Of a stretch of DNA of 64,000 nucleotides, positions 1 to 14,596 are shown in pieces. The stretch comes from Trichoplax sp. H2 (taxonomy: Eukaryota). The position numbers and the translations under genes are program-made. Below the pieces are notes generated by a model, which saw only the letters and a list, made by a program, of their open reading frames with translations, made no database searches and was not told where the DNA came from. The stretch covers positions 62,001-126,000 of the forward strand of contig NOWV01000170.1 in the NCBI GenBank assembly GCA_003344405.1. The letters are read 5' to 3'. Positions within the stretch are counted from its first letter, which is position 1. The number at the start of each line of letters is the position of its first letter.

Positions 1-2
1 CT

Positions 3-1718
3 GATGAAGGCTTAAAGATTCAATGTATTAACTTTCGTACTGATGAAATTACTCTAAACATTCAGGAAGAAAAAGTAGATGTGGAAAATGGTTGTGTTAC
101 CAGTCAAGGTCAATTAATCTTACCGTTGCAGCGAAATTTAATTAAAATCTACGATCTAAATACCAATCAGCATATTAAAGATATACCGGGAAGTTCTCTA
201 CGCGAATTTACTGGGGAAAAGAAACATTTAATGGGGCTTGTTCAGTCTGAAAATTTATTTACCTGTACTCAAGGTAAAATTGCTTATTGGAATCTAACAT
301 CAAGCATTAGTACTCCATTACTAGAATTGCAAGATGCTGATATACCCAATGTTATCCACTTTCTGCATAAGGAAAATGGCAATAATCACTCCTATGTCAT
401 AGCAACAGCAAAAGGCAATTGCATCTGTTTATGGAAATGTCAGGCAAGCGATGGATTCGATTTCAATCGAGAAGCTAATCAATCTAGTACAGCTTTTAGC
501 CCAACCCAAATTATGGCACTGTCTCCTGATCAACCGCGTTCCTCCTTAGTCAGTTATGAGGCAGAAAAACAACTTTGCACCGTATGGAACATGAATCAAC
601 AACCCATCTTGATCCTGAAAAAAGTCAAAACTAAATTATTTAATCAGGGCTTTCTTTTCATCGATAGTAAAAGTGCTCTTGTACGTGATTATGTCATTAA
701 TTTACAGACCCAATCGCCTATATGCCAATTACAGTGCAATCAAATCAATCCAGATACTATAGCTAAGAACAGTAAAATCATTGAAGAAAATAAATTAGCT
801 ATCTTATCTCAAGACTGTACCAATATATTTATTTTTTCATTATCGGATGGTAAGATCGTAACAACAATTTCATTTCCTGCTAATAGTACATGCCATAAGG
901 TTATTTATAGCGAGAATGGCCGAGTTGCTGTAACCCTAATTGGCAGTGATATCATGGCTTGGAATATCGTTGACGGTAAATTAATAGCAAAAAATACTCC
1001 CGCAACTCAACTCGATCATATTTGTTTAGACAACCAAGGCCACTATGTGGCCATGTTTAGTTATCATGGCGAAGTCAATAAAGATGGAACATCCAACTCG
1101 TTAGTCCACCTTTGGAATTTAGCCAAACAACAATTATTAACTTATAAATTAAACTACAGTCCACGAGCTGGAGGTCTGGCACTAACCAAGCAATATATTC
1201 TTGGAGGAGATAATTCTGGTGATATCTCGTTGTGGGCAACTGGTGATGGTAGTTTAGTTCAGCAACTGCATGGCCATTATCACGATGTATATAAAATAAT
1301 TATTAATCAACACGAAGATCGAATGTTGACCATGTCCGAATATGATTACGATGGTACTATCCGTTTATGGGATTTATCAGCTTTAGTTGAGTTAGCAGCA
1401 TTTCGCCCAGATTGGCGAATTGAAAGATCCAATATAGCTTTAATTGATCATGGTCAAAAAATTGTCATAACGTTAGATGGCATCAATCAGTTTATTATCG
1501 TTCAATTTCATTCTGCTGCTGTTGATGAAAATCAAATTATAACTGTATTTGAAGACGAAATTATTGATGTAAGACCAACAACTATCGACTTATCCCAAAT
1601 ACAACCTCCAAAAGATGCTGGAACAAATCAGCAATCACTGTTCCAAGCACAAGCCAAGCTAGAGAAAAAATCCAAGAAAAATCGGAAAAATGTAGCGAGA
1701 TCGTGTATACTATCATAA
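3..1718 (+). CDS. C-terminal exon of a WD40-repeat protein (NACHT/WD NWD-like), 5' truncated by the window edge; ends in a polybasic stretch plus CaaX
   Basis: The frame is open from position 3, so the GTG at 81 is not the real start. WD motifs are present (LHGHYHDV...DGTIRLWD, SGDISLWA). The C-terminus is KKSKKNRKNVARSCILS*. Confidence 0.8.
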   Translation, partial: DEGLKIQCINFRTDEITLNIQEEKVDVENGCVTSQGQLILPLQRNLIKIYDLNTNQHIKDIPGSSLREFTGEKKHLMGLVQSENLFTCTQGKIAYWNLTSSISTPLLELQDADIPNVIHFLHKENGNNHSYVIATAKGNCICLWKCQASDGFDFNREANQSSTAFSPTQIMALSPDQPRSSLVSYEAEKQLCTVWNMNQQPILILKKVKTKLFNQGFLFIDSKSALVRDYVINLQTQSPICQLQCNQINPDTIAKNSKIIEENKLAILSQDCTNIFIFSLSDGKIVTTISFPANSTCHKVIYSENGRVAVTLIGSDIMAWNIVDGKLIAKNTPATQLDHICLDNQGHYVAMFSYHGEVNKDGTSNSLVHLWNLAKQQLLTYKLNYSPRAGGLALTKQYILGGDNSGDISLWATGDGSLVQQLHGHYHDVYKIIINQHEDRMLTMSEYDYDGTIRLWDLSALVELAAFRPDWRIERSNIALIDHGQKIVITLDGINQFIIVQFHSAAVDENQIITVFEDEIIDVRPTTIDLSQIQPPKDAGTNQQSLFQAQAKLEKKSKKNRKNVARSCILS

Positions 1719-2554
1719 GTTAGATCTGAAGAAGTTGAAACAATATCTGACAGAGTCACAGCAATAGTAGTGAGGTAACAAACCAGATGCTGATTCTTTT
1801 CTTTTAACTACAGCATAGATTTGATTATGCAATAAAATACTGAAATAGTATTTCTTCACGGTAGATTAAATTATTTAAGATCAAGAATGATTCTTGCGTT
1901 ATTCATTCCAATAAACTGATGAAGTAATGAATAAAACTGCTAAACATATTTTCATGAAAGATAATTTGTCTTTGAAGAATTCTCCTAAATGAATTTTAAG
2001 TATCATCATTAGTGATAGGTAATTCACTTTCTTCATCATCCTTTCAATAATGAAATGATATCTTATCATGATAGCTGAAAAAATAAAATTTGTATAGAAA
2101 AAATTTTTCTTTATTACGTTTTAATTTATTAATAGCGCTATAACGTATGAAAAATTTTTCCACATTTATAAATGCTAGTTGTAGCAATATTTCTTGTTGC
2201 AATGCAGTAAGATATACTAGCTGTTTAGAAGACAAATTTCGACACTTTTTCGTTTTTTAATTAATGTTATGATAAACTAGCTACGATGTTGATTATATAA
2301 TCGCTAGTAAACATGATCAATAAACTTCAATCCCAAGTACTAGTTGCCATCTTCATTGTGAAATATCGTCCTAAATAAGTTCAACTTATAAATTAAATAC
2401 AGTAGGACACCAAATTGGCTACATTTAATCACGAAATGGAATCTAGCAGATACTTTACTATTGTAATAGAGAGTTATCGTAGGCTTTAACGTTATATATC
2501 TATGATTTATCTATGCACTCTTGTAGTAAGAATGTGCTCTGATTATAGAATACC

Positions 2555-2677
2555 AACACGCTCAATATATGAACGTTCTCACAGATGAGAAAACGCGCTC
2601 TAAAAATAAGAATACGAACACGCTCAATATATGAACGTTCTCACAGATGAGTAAACGCGCTCTAAAAATAAGAATGC
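2555..2677. repeat. 62-bp tandem duplication (2 copies)
   Basis: acacgctcaatatatgaacgttctcacagatgag.aaacgcgctctaaaaataagaat occurs at 2556 and 2618. Confidence 0.9.
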
Positions 2678-3084
2678 GCTTAATGGTACAGTAAATTGAG
2701 CTTTGATCAGAAGAGTAAAAGCGGTTGGTCCTCCTCGGCCACCGTACATTAGGGTTGATAGGCATACTACTCATGGCCACTTGGCCAGGGACTACTCGCT
2801 CTTTTCCACTCTCCACTGCAACAACATCATGTTCGCCAGTAGTCTGATATTCATTAATTATTACAGTAATGATCGAATGGCTACTGTAACACTCAATAAG
2901 TTACATCATGTAATCATTGGAGACATTGATTAGTAGTCTATGAGACCTTATTAACCACTCCATCATGACGGCAATGAAGAAAAGTTGAAACCCCATAGAC
3001 CATGAAGTCAGTAAGGCCTTTGTAGTCGAGATTGGATAAGGTAATATCGTGATGAAATTGTTCTTCAACCTGTTCTGGATAGTA

Positions 3085-4440
3085 ACCAATCCATCAATCG
3101 CCACGCTAGACTCGAGTCGATCCAAGTCCATCCGCTAGCTATGAACATTCCAATCTCTTGGCATTTATTTTGAGTACTGGAAAGGATCCAATACAAGCGC
3201 TCCAAATTCCCTTTGAATTTCGTAGAGCAGCAGTTTGCCATGCCACACCATGGACTACCGCTGTTGAACGAATGGCATCCTAGCTAGTCTACAAGGGCTT
3301 CCATTGCCTTTGACTATTGCATAGTAGCAAATTTCCTTACCATTGACTGCAGCTGTTGAACAGACTGTATAGCAACCAACCAATCCATCGTCACACGATT
3401 CTCTAGTCGATATGTTCATCAACTAGTTATGGACGTTTGCAATCCACTTTCCAATCCATCGTCGATCCAAGATTCATTTTGAGTAGTCGAAGGATCCAAT
3501 ACAAGTGCTTCTATTGCCTTTGACTATTGCATAGTAGCAAATTTCCTTACCATTGACTGCAGCTGTTGAACAGACTGTATAGCAGCCAACCAATCCATCG
3601 TCACACTACATTCTAGTCGATATGTTCATCAACTAGTTATGGACGTTTGCAATCCAATTTTCAATCAAGCGTCGATCCAAGATTCATTTGGAGTAGTCAA
3701 AGGATCCAATACAAGTGCTTCCATTGCCTTTAAATATTGCATAGTAGCCAATGTCCATACCATGGACTAAATCACACGACACTCTAGTCGATATGTTCAT
3801 CAACTAGCTATGGACGTTGGAGTTCATTAGCACTAAACGCTGGATATTTGCAATCCAATTTCCAATCAAGCGTCGATCCAAGATTCATTTGGAGTAGTCA
3901 AAGGATCCAATACAAGTGCTTCCATTGCCTTTAAATATTGCATAGTAGCCAATGTCCATACCATGGACTAAATCACACTACACTCTAGTCGATATACAAA
4001 TCAATCAAAATGCTAATGGACGTTGGAGTTTATTAGCATTAGACGCTGGACGTTTGCAATCCAATTTCCAATCAAGCGTCGATCCAAGATTTATTTGGAG
4101 TAGTCAAAGGATCCAACATAATCCAGGCGCTCCAATTGCCTTTGAATATCTCGTATAATAGCAGATTTGCATACCACACCATTGACTAACAGCGGTTGAA
4201 CGAGTGATATCTTTGCCTGCCGATGCTGGAATACCGTAGCGTTACTGCAGACTGTAGTGGAGATTTACGTCCAAGTTCATCAACTCGCTATTGCCGTTGG
4301 AGTCCATTTGCATTGGGTGGCACTGGGTGTTTGCAATCCACTCTCCAATAGAGTTTAGCATCGATCCAAGATTCATTTTGAGTACTGGAAGGATTAAAAT
4401 ACAACCGGCTAAATTCCCTTTGAATATTGTATAGTAGGCG
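3085..4440. repeat. Degenerate tandem array, ~200-210 bp unit, about 6 copies
   Basis: The motifs cgtcgatccaagattcattt.gagtagtc.aaggatccaatacaagtgctt and attgccttt..tattgcatagtagc recur at ~3301, 3511, 3721, 3922 and 4132, with more diverged flanking copies. Confidence 0.85.
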
Positions 4441-5922
4441 ATTTCGACCAATAGGGCCAATAGCAATTTATCAATGAATGAGTTCATGAATTATTAATCA
4501 AGTTATGGTCAATGAGTCTACCATTTCTTAAGCCTTACTGCAGCCAATGCAAGGACAAGTGAAATCAGTGATAGTACAAGAGAGTTTTCTTTTCATGCCC
4601 AGTGGATTCATTTGAATGGTAAGCACGCGAGCAATAGTCTTAACATCTTCTTCACCTTGGCTGGTATACTATTCAACAAGACAACACTTGATTGTAGTCT
4701 AATTTTTCTTTCATTTTGGCACTGCTTCGACCAAGTGTTCATTTTCCATTGCTAATGAATTGACAACACAAAATCTTCTCCATCGTCATCACAAACCCAT
4801 ACATTTTGATTTCTAAGCCACATTTTCGCAGTCTACGACAACACCAACGACGAGCAAAATCAAAGTAGAAAATTGTTTGCCGTTGGGACTTATCCACAAC
4901 CACATTTTTTCGCCATTCCAATCCAATCATCAGGATACAACGTCCAACAGCTCAATAAATTGATAGTATGGAAAGTTCTCCATTCTAGCAGCTGGAACTT
5001 GCTATCTTTCAAATAGAATAGAATACCCCCAAGGCGTGACAAAATACTATTTATTCGGCACAAGAGGATACCAAATAAAAGTTCCCACGTACGAAAGGCT
5101 CATCCATTACACGGAATTTGTTTTTCAACCGACAACCTTTTCTAAACGCTAAAATTTTATCGACGACTTCTGAAATTTCTGCAGTCTTGTAGAAATTGAA
5201 TTCAATTCACTTCAAACCGATCCATCATTTTTCATACAGGAACTTGTATTCTTATCATCTCCTTGTCAACAAGTTGAATTAATATCGGCAACAGCTTAAT
5301 TACCATCTACATTAATATAGTAGATATTATCCAATACTAATTACGCTTATCGTCCATTTTAAAAAAAATTCATCTCAGTTCCTTTCAACTGAAGTAGTTT
5401 ACAATCCGATCGACATTGAAATCTTCGTATAGACTAGCTGCATGTCCAAAACATTGAAGGTAACCTCCATGACGATTTGAATAGAAAAATTTTTTAAATA
5501 TCAACAGGAAATGAATCATTCACGATTACAGTAGAGACAAAACTCATTTTTATCATTCCTTGGTGGTCATTTCTGTACCAGCTTTTCACTAGTCACATTC
5601 ATTCAAAGAAACAGGAAATCAAGCAATAACGAACCAGTGCAGTCATATCTTTCATTTGTGATCAAAAAGACGTCAGGACTCTAAAGTTAAGGTACCATCA
5701 AATCAACACGACCTCATTGAATTAATAATTCATAATTTTAATGTCCTATAGGACTAACAATACTGCATAGACAGGATTATAATTCCGCATAAAATATCGT
5801 TTCAGTTGCGTGCTTGTTAAAAGGTGAATCACGAATTCAGAACGTTATAAATTTCACCAAGTTCTCACAATCAATTTCATCAACAACTGCAAACAAGGCC
5901 ATTCAGAAATAAAGTTATCATC

Positions 5923-8900
5923 ATGGCGACATCGATACTGTACAAAGCAATGGCTTTGATCTGTTGTTTAAGTGTACTTGCAGACTTTGGATTATTAACT
6001 GTATATCAAACCGCTTATGCTGGCGATGACTTTTACCAACTATTGGGCATTGCAAGATCTGCCGACAATAAGGATATTAGAAGAGCCTTTAAAAAATTGG
6101 CATTAATTATGCACCCAGACAAAAATGTGCGTAGGACAAAATGATCCTAAGCGTACTTACTATACGATAGCCATAATAAGATTCATGAAAGTTAAAGCTA
6201 CAAATAAAATCGTTTATCATCTTTACACGCTAAAAAATCTTATTTCATTCCTACCAAGTTAAGGTTGCTAATTTTTCTACTTGCTATTGCTACAGAAAGA
6301 AAAGGACGCCCATGATAAATTTGTAAAAATTAATCGAGCTTATGAAGTTTTGAAAGGTATGTCAATCTACCAGGCAGCTGCTAAGATTCTCCCTCACTAT
6401 TGAATATACATTATATTTAATTATCGGTTAAGTTTATCGTTTTCTGAAACTTTAATGAAATGGAATAAACACTGCAGTACAGTATCTAATATAATGTCGT
6501 TGAGGTATGAGGAATTGATTATTACAAACAAATGTGTATCCGCTGAAAAACGGCACTAGCTAAACTCTTATTTCTACAAGAGAATAGATGGAAAAAGGAG
6601 CTAAATTTTGCAAGTTAACATGATACTTTCTATTTGTACAGAAGAGAATTGATTTTTCGTTTTTCATTTCTTGATTATTATTGATCGTAACGGATGATTA
6701 AGACTCTGATTTACGTAAGAAATATGATTTACATGGCGAAGAAGGGTTAAAAGACGATTTCAACAAACCATGGCAGTTTCAGAGTTGGAATTACTACAAA
6801 AACCAATTTGGTAAAGTACAACAATGTATCCCGTTATTTTTTTACAAACGTACAGCCCCCTACCGTAGATTAACTGCTATCACTTCAGACGAGGATTAAA
6901 TTGATATAGTATTGCCAGTACATGAAATATAAAGATTACGATATCCTATCCAATGGCGATAGTTCTCTTGATATATAATTTAGAGTCAAATGTCTTGCTT
7001 GCAATGCTAAAAGATTTATCCTATAAATATAGGGATTTATGATGACGATTCCGAAATTATTACTCTCAATTTTGCTGACTTCTGTAAGCATTTATACAAT
7101 ATCACAATTTAGAACAGTATTTCTTTATTACATTGTAGTTGCTTTCTAAACTGTGGTTGTCTAACTGATGATAATAATGACTACCGTACATGTATTTTTG
7201 GTACAAATTTGATAGCAATTTCTTTTTGATACAGCTACGTAGACTTTTAGTTAGTGTACAAATACTTATCAGGTAGTGCTAACTTAATGATTCCTAGGCT
7301 AATGTCTGACAGTTTTACCAGTGATGAATTTATTTATTACGGCCATAAATTTGGCTCATAATTGCTAATTTTCTATTTTCAAAATCGACCAATTTCTAGC
7401 ATCCATTTCTCAATCAAATCAAATTTGGTTTATCAATTTTTATTCTCCTTTCTGTTCTCACTGTCATCATTTAGCACCAACAGTAAGCGATTATATTTCA
7501 AATATAATAGTAATAAATCTAATCCTGGATTTAATAAATCAGTACGGCTTCAATGTACCAATAAAAAAATGAGTCATTATTGAAGTAATTTTCTCAAAAT
7601 TTCACCAAAATAAATAAAATTATTTAGATACGATCATATTCAGGTTACATAAATAATTAAGTGCAATATGCCTCCCAACAACAAAATATAAATACAGTTA
7701 ATTTCTTAATACATTAATTAGTTGTAAGCTGAAGTAAACTGTACGTATTTTATGCCAATATATGTGCTTCTTAAAATAATGACTTTAATGAGATATTCAC
7801 TCAAAGTGTTTAATGCAAAATATATGTGTGAACATTTTCATTTATGTTAGTATAAGAGCTGTATCGCTAATGCAGGATATATGTTGCTTCAGTGGCGACA
7901 GGTTGCTAAGGAGCTGGAAGGAATCATTCGCATTGGAGCTGTCAATTGTCAAGACGAACAACGATTGTGCAATATGCAGCAGATTCGATCTTATCCTTCG
8001 CTTATGTTATATCCTAACGTAAGTCTATAAGAAACTGTCGGTATAAAATATAATAAACAATTAAAAATCTTCAGTCATGAATAATTATAATTTACTACAG
8101 AAAATACAATATCGCGGACAACGTCAAACTGAAGATTTAGTTCAGTTTGTTTTGCAATCAATTCAAGCTCAATATACTGTATTAACGCAAGGTAATCAGT
8201 CTAACCATTCACTTGGTCTTTGTCTAAATTTCGTGCTGGAAATTTTATTAATTACTACTAAAAGAGCTTATGAAGGTATTTTCTTACATTGTAAGTAATA
8301 TATCAAATTTCGGTTATTCATACGGTTTATAGCTAACTTCTTAACAGAAATGAATAATAACAAACTACCATGGGTTATTAATTTCTGTCCTTCTGTCATT
8401 GGAGGTATTAGGGCAAATATCAATTTGTGAGTTTGTATTTGTTGTTCATAGTACTATAAATCTTGTTTATTATTGCATTGTAGATAACGATTGCCTTGGC
8501 CAAAGTGAGATGTTAAAGTTATCCATTGTGATGGTAATATTTATTTTTTTCCGTTTAAGTCAGTAGCAACCTTATTTCACTACTGTATATTTTTGCGTAA
8601 TTTGCAGTTGAAACCATAACAAAATGATATGTCTGCTAAATACAACTTTCATTTGCCTTCATTCTTATTTAATGGTCATAAATAGAAACAACTAGCAAAC
8701 ACAGCTAGAATACATTGCAACGTTGAAACTGATTTATGCAACAAATTAAATCATTCAAATGGCATTTACTTTTATCCATCAAGAGTTAGCCAAGTTGATG
8801 ATTCAAAGGTACCATTGTAAAGAGTTTTGAGTATATTTGTTCAATGATGGAACTGTATTTCTCGCAAGCCCATATCACCGATAGACATCCCTTAATTTTG

Positions 8901-11900
8901 GAAATTTATAAACTGTGATTAAAATAGGATATTAGAAATATATGAATGAGGTTAATATAGATTAAATAGCTTCAAGCAGTAGTTAAATGATATCCATGCA
9001 ATAAAGTCTAATGTTCTGTTCAATTGAGCAGGCTGTTGTCTATTATCATACTTGTATAATTACAGTACATAGTCTTGCTAAAAAAATTCATAGTGCTGGT
9101 AGTTTTGATGGAAGTCAATAAACGTAAGGTTTTCAGTATAAAATGAATATCCTGTGTTATTATTTAAGGAATAGCTCATGGAATACATTTCAAATATAGA
9201 ATTAGTAAGGCTTTATTAAAGTATATCACTAAACTTACTAATGTAAGATGCCGTTTGTTATTAATAGAAATTGAACAGTTCGCATTCTCAGGAAATATTT
9301 CAAGAAATCTTAAAATTACTTCCGGAAATTCGAAAAATGAACGAAACTAACTATCAGGTGGAATAAACATGCTAGAAAAAATAGCTCTATTCATTTAATA
9401 GCTTGCATTGATACGCGATATTATTTTTCCTATATCTAATATCAATACTCTCAAATCTAATCACAACACAGGCAGATGATAAATCAATTAAGGATATACT
9501 TATCTGTAAATCGAAATGAACTACTTTAGTCCTTTCTCTAGTGTTGCTTATTGTCAATACTCTAAACTCACCATACAGTATACTATTTATTGTACGTCTA
9601 AATTCATTGAATATTATTTTATAATAAATATCCAATTTTGCATGACAAATTAGCATAGCTTTTACACTGTATGTAACAAGTACTTTGCACTTGACTGATA
9701 ATTATATAATTTACACCTGTTTTCTGCATTTTCTAGGCAACAACGGACAATGTAATGAAAGGAAAATTGAAGCCGCTCTTAGTTTATTTTATGGGCAATA
9801 AAGATGACGATATGCTCGAATTACGAAGACTACCGGCTTTATTGACAAGTAGAATCAAGGTTTGTCGACCCATATAAGAATCCTTAAGATAATTCTAGTG
9901 TATGGTATTAAGGGGATTCACAAACTAATTTGATTGCAATAGACTGCAGTTGTTGACTGTTCACAAGTTGGCTCATCTTGTCAAGATCTACACTTGTCAG
10001 AATTACCAAAGCTAGTATTATTTAAAAAAGGCGGTTACGAAATCCATTTAGGTAGATAAATAACTTGCTTATTTTGTTTAATCAACTGCAGTTTCTTGAG
10101 TTGTTAAGAGGTCTTAAAGTTATAATTCACTTTACAATTGCTTTATACCCGATTGCAAGATGTCCTACTCTATGATGAAGCATACCTTTCTATTGATAAA
10201 ATGTGTCTTAAAATAAATATGCCTTAAAATGCTTTACTGTACAGGTCGGCTGACTGTTTATGATGCCGCCCAATTTGCGAGAGAAAGTGCGACAACTCGA
10301 GTGGTCAACCTCAACCCACAATATTTCCAATATCAAGTTATTGGCGGAAAAGGAATGTGGTTTGTTGATTATTTTGCCCCGGTAAGTCTTAAATAATTGA
10401 TAGCATGTAGTAGTCATTGTGTCTGTAATGGATATATATCCGTTGCAAATGTCGTTATTCTATATTTCAATTAATTATAAATACTCAACTAATTACAATA
10501 TTAGTGGTGCCCTCCTTGTAAAATGTTAATTCCGGAATGGCGTAAAGCATCAAAGTTGATATCTTCAAGTAGTGTTAACTTCGGCACTGTGGATTGTACC
10601 ATCCATCATGAATTGTGTCGGCAGGTAAATTATTTTTATTGCATTACCTTGTTTTAAAGAATTTATTTGAATAGTAATATTCGCAAAAATTAAATTTAAA
10701 GTTTAGCACTAATCAGAGCTTCTACATAGAGCTAGTATTCATTATGCAAAATAACATTTTACTCTTATTTAGATGAACATTCGCAGTTATCCATCAACAA
10801 TTTTTTACAACGGTAGTTCGGTTAATATCTTTTCTGGTGACCGTTCTGCAGATAATTTGGTTGATTTTATTGAAGTAAGATTTTACTTTAAGTAGATGAA
10901 ATTATCGATAATAGATTTTCAAAACTACAATAATTGCTTTTTAAATATATCATACAATTCCGTTTAGGATATCATTAAGCCCTCAGTTGTCTCTTTGACA
11001 CCAAATACCTTTCGATCTCTTGTCGAGAAAAAGTCGACGAATAAAATATGGGTTATTGATTACTTTGCACCTTGGTGTAGGCCGTGTCTCCATTTCGCAT
11101 CAGATTGGAGGAAAATAGCCAAGGTCAGTGGAAGTACTCTTAATAAAGAAATTCAAGCTTTGAGAATATTCTTACTATATTCTGTGTTAATGTCTTAAAA
11201 TATGCAGAAATCAACTAACTTTACGAAATTTTTTACATAACTGTCTTATAGATTAAAATCATTATCTTGTGTAGTAATATAGTACAATAAGGGAAATAAT
11301 AGTATGATATGCTAAATACTCTTATATATTTGCATACGGTTGTTGTTTGTTGTTTATAATAATGGAGTAATTTAAGTTATTCAATAGTAATATATGATAT
11401 TCAGAAGCATAGGATAGTTCAGAAGTCAGTTGCATAATATCTTTGGATTAACATTAAATAATTCGACCTCAATTATAATATAGATGGTAGATGGCCGAGT
11501 TAAGGTCGCCAAGGTAGATTGTCAAATGTATGGTGAACTTTGTCAATCTAATGGAATAAGATCATATCCTAGCATAATTTTACATCCTTTAGGAACCTAT
11601 GAAAAAGGAAATCCTGTGTAAGTTATTATTGCCTTGTACTGAAATTGATAATTAACTTATCTCTCATCCATATTATCAACCAAAGGCGAATTACATTAAT
11701 ATAATCAATTATTTACAAATTAAATTTTTGCCCACCTGCCAATACTAGTCAATACAGATCTCGTCGAAAGACCTGGAATTCAGTTTTAGTTTGGATTCAT
11801 GAGCATTTACCATCCCTGGTACCACATATCAACTATTCTAATTTTTATGAAACGGTGATACGAAGTAGCGACATGTGGCTAGTTGACTATTATGCGCCCT

Positions 11901-13131
11901 GGTGTGGACATTGTGTGCAATTTTCACCGATATTTGAAAAATTAACTTCGGTATGTAGTAATTGCCCAGACTAATTAGAACAGATTTTTTTTAGACTGAC
12001 TTATTATTAAGTTCATATGTTATAGTTTATCACAAAATTTTATGATGCATTGTATTTATATAACAGCAGAGTAATAAGGTAATCAATGTCTGATATAAAG
12101 TCCTAATATAGGCTGTTGAATAGTTACAATGCTACAAAAACGATATGTAATAAATGAAATACAAATCTGTTTATAGAATTTCTGGGACATATTTTCCTTT
12201 ATAACGGTATCATATTCAAACATCAAAGTCAAGATTTTCAGTTTCTATAAGCCTTAATTGACTGCAATACATAATTCTGAATATTAATAGTATCTAACGT
12301 AAACTTAAAAAAGTGCAAATCTTTAATAATTTGTTAGACATCGACAAAAATCTACTTTGATTGCCAATTAAAGGAATCATCCGTTTTTTAGATGCTTAAA
12401 GGAAAAGCTAAAACAGCCAAGGTCAATTGTGAAGTTGAGCGTCAACTTTGCCAAAAAGTAAATATACGCTCCTATCCAACCATCAAATTATATCAAGGAA
12501 ACGTTAATAGTAATAACCATAATCAAGTAAGTTGATGCCATGCTATACCCAATAGGAGTGACGATTACAAATAACATTTACTGAAGTCAGTATTATAGGC
12601 GTACAGAAAGTGTACAATATAGATGGAAACATTTAGTTATATTTTAGCGATTGCCACCGCTGAGGCGCATATAGACCTTTCTAACATCAGAAAATGTAGG
12701 AGAATGTTGTAATAATTGACCGTACCATTCAGAAATTATACTTGATGACAATTGAATTTATTTTGTTGATATAATCGCAGTCTCTGTGATTTGGAATTTT
12801 TTTTCACGAGTATCCGGTTTTGATTAGTTTACGTGCATAAAATTATTTATTACGTCATTAATTGGTTTTAGTGGCCGGAAGGGGAAAAAATATCAAGTCA
12901 AAACCATCAGGAAATTTTTCGCATAGTTCTGCAAAAATTAAAGGTGATTAATTAATAATCTACTATAGCAATATTCCTAGAGAAGTGTCTTCAAATATTT
13001 GATTACAGCTTATTTATTGATACAATGGAATAAAATTAATCTGATAAATTTAAAGTAGTTCTATTAATCAGAAGTTTAATATTTTTTTGTAGGATCAAAA
13101 ACAATCGAAAATATCTCATGATGAATTGTAA
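5923..13131 (+). CDS. DNAJC10: DnaJ homolog subfamily C member 10 (ERdj5), ER disulfide reductase; about 22 exons
   Basis: Signal peptide plus J domain with HPD (exon 1, 5923-6126). Four thioredoxin CxxC motifs: FYSPFCSHC (~7440-7465), YFAP|WCPPC (10381/10505), YFAPWCRPC (~11060-11090), YYAPWCGHC (~11890-11915). The last exon 13093-13131 ends in the ER-retention signal HDEL*. Confidence 0.95.
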
Positions 13132-14489
13132 ACTGCAAAGAAAGTTTTTTCGTTAGCATAATTACTTTGAAGCATTTTTTCATTCTGTAGAATTACATTA
13201 GTGATAAAGGGTGAACTTATTCTAATATATTTGTAATTGCATTCATATCAATTAATCAATTAATACTATTTATCGAAATTTGGCTAATTCTCTTAATTTA
13301 TGCTTGACTTAAACAGTTTCGTATACAGTACTACTACTGTATTTCAAGTCCAGATATTCTACGTAATTAGATTTATTTTCTTGTACTGTTAAAATTTTCT
13401 CGAAATTTTGAAAAATTTGTCAATCTCGAAACAGTAATCTTTAATTTGTGAAGTAAAACAGCTAATCAAAAACATCACGTAAAGAGTTTCTTTTTTGTAA
13501 TAGTTATAACGTACTGTAGTAAATGATTGTTACCCGGTTAATTTATACGTTTGCATGTGATAATATGCAGTATTATACTGTACTGTAATACGCTTTCTGA
13601 AGTGTGGGTTTCAAACTAACTTAATCCTTTACTATTTTAAAGTAGCTTTGCATAAATGTTAATTTACACAGTTTAGTGCATTGCTTTACCAACTCTGTCA
13701 AACTATTTATGTTTTAAGTACGACGAATTTAGCGTTTGATTAATAATGAAATTACACTATTTAAAGGAGTTAACCATTTTAGAACTGAGCTTTGCTCTAG
13801 TTTATTTATTGTAAATACTTTAGGCTATGAAAGTACTTAATTGCCTATGCATAGTACATTGGACGAGGCAGAAATATTAGCGTCTTTATGCAGAATGAAG
13901 TAAAATCTCGATAGAATATGCAAGAGGCCAGTAATAAACTGTAACCTTGTATCTTATTTTTTAAATAATTAGCGATATTGATGCATTAAGGTTAAGTATG
14001 CTACTGTAATAAATTTTAATTTTAATATATTATTAATTATCGATAAATCGAATCTAACATATACTAGTACTGGTTTAGATCAAATTTGATTTTATTTAAG
14101 CATCGTAAAATTATGAATACGATTATATGCATTTCACTGATTTAAAATAGGCATTTCAAATAGACATCTCCTTTCATTATTAAATAAGCAGCAAATTTAA
14201 AAGTCATAATCAGTTTACAGCATTATCGATATTCTAGTCGAAAATGACTTTCAGTTAATTAAAAGACAATTAACAGGTAAACTAAATCATAGAAACGGAA
14301 TGATATCAGCATATTGGCTTATATACCTTATCAGTTATCTTCTTATTTAGTATTAAATTCTTAGTGTAGCTGTTAAGGATTGGAAATTCTGTATACCAGT
14401 CATTGCCATCGTAAATTTTATTGAGTAATTGTCACTTCCGAATTAACAGAGATTATTAATGATACTGTTACCGTCCAAGTACGAAATCC

Positions 14490-14596
14490 AGTCAATTCGC
14501 GAAATGCCTAGTCAATTTGCGAAATGCCCAAATATATTTCTTTGCTGATTATGTCAATTCGCGAAATGCCTAGATATATTTCTTTGCTGATTATAA
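14490..14596. repeat. Short composite tandem repeat (gtcaatt(c/t)gcgaaatgcc x3)
   Basis: Three copies of the 18-mer, two of them followed by atatatttctttgctgattat. Confidence 0.8.
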
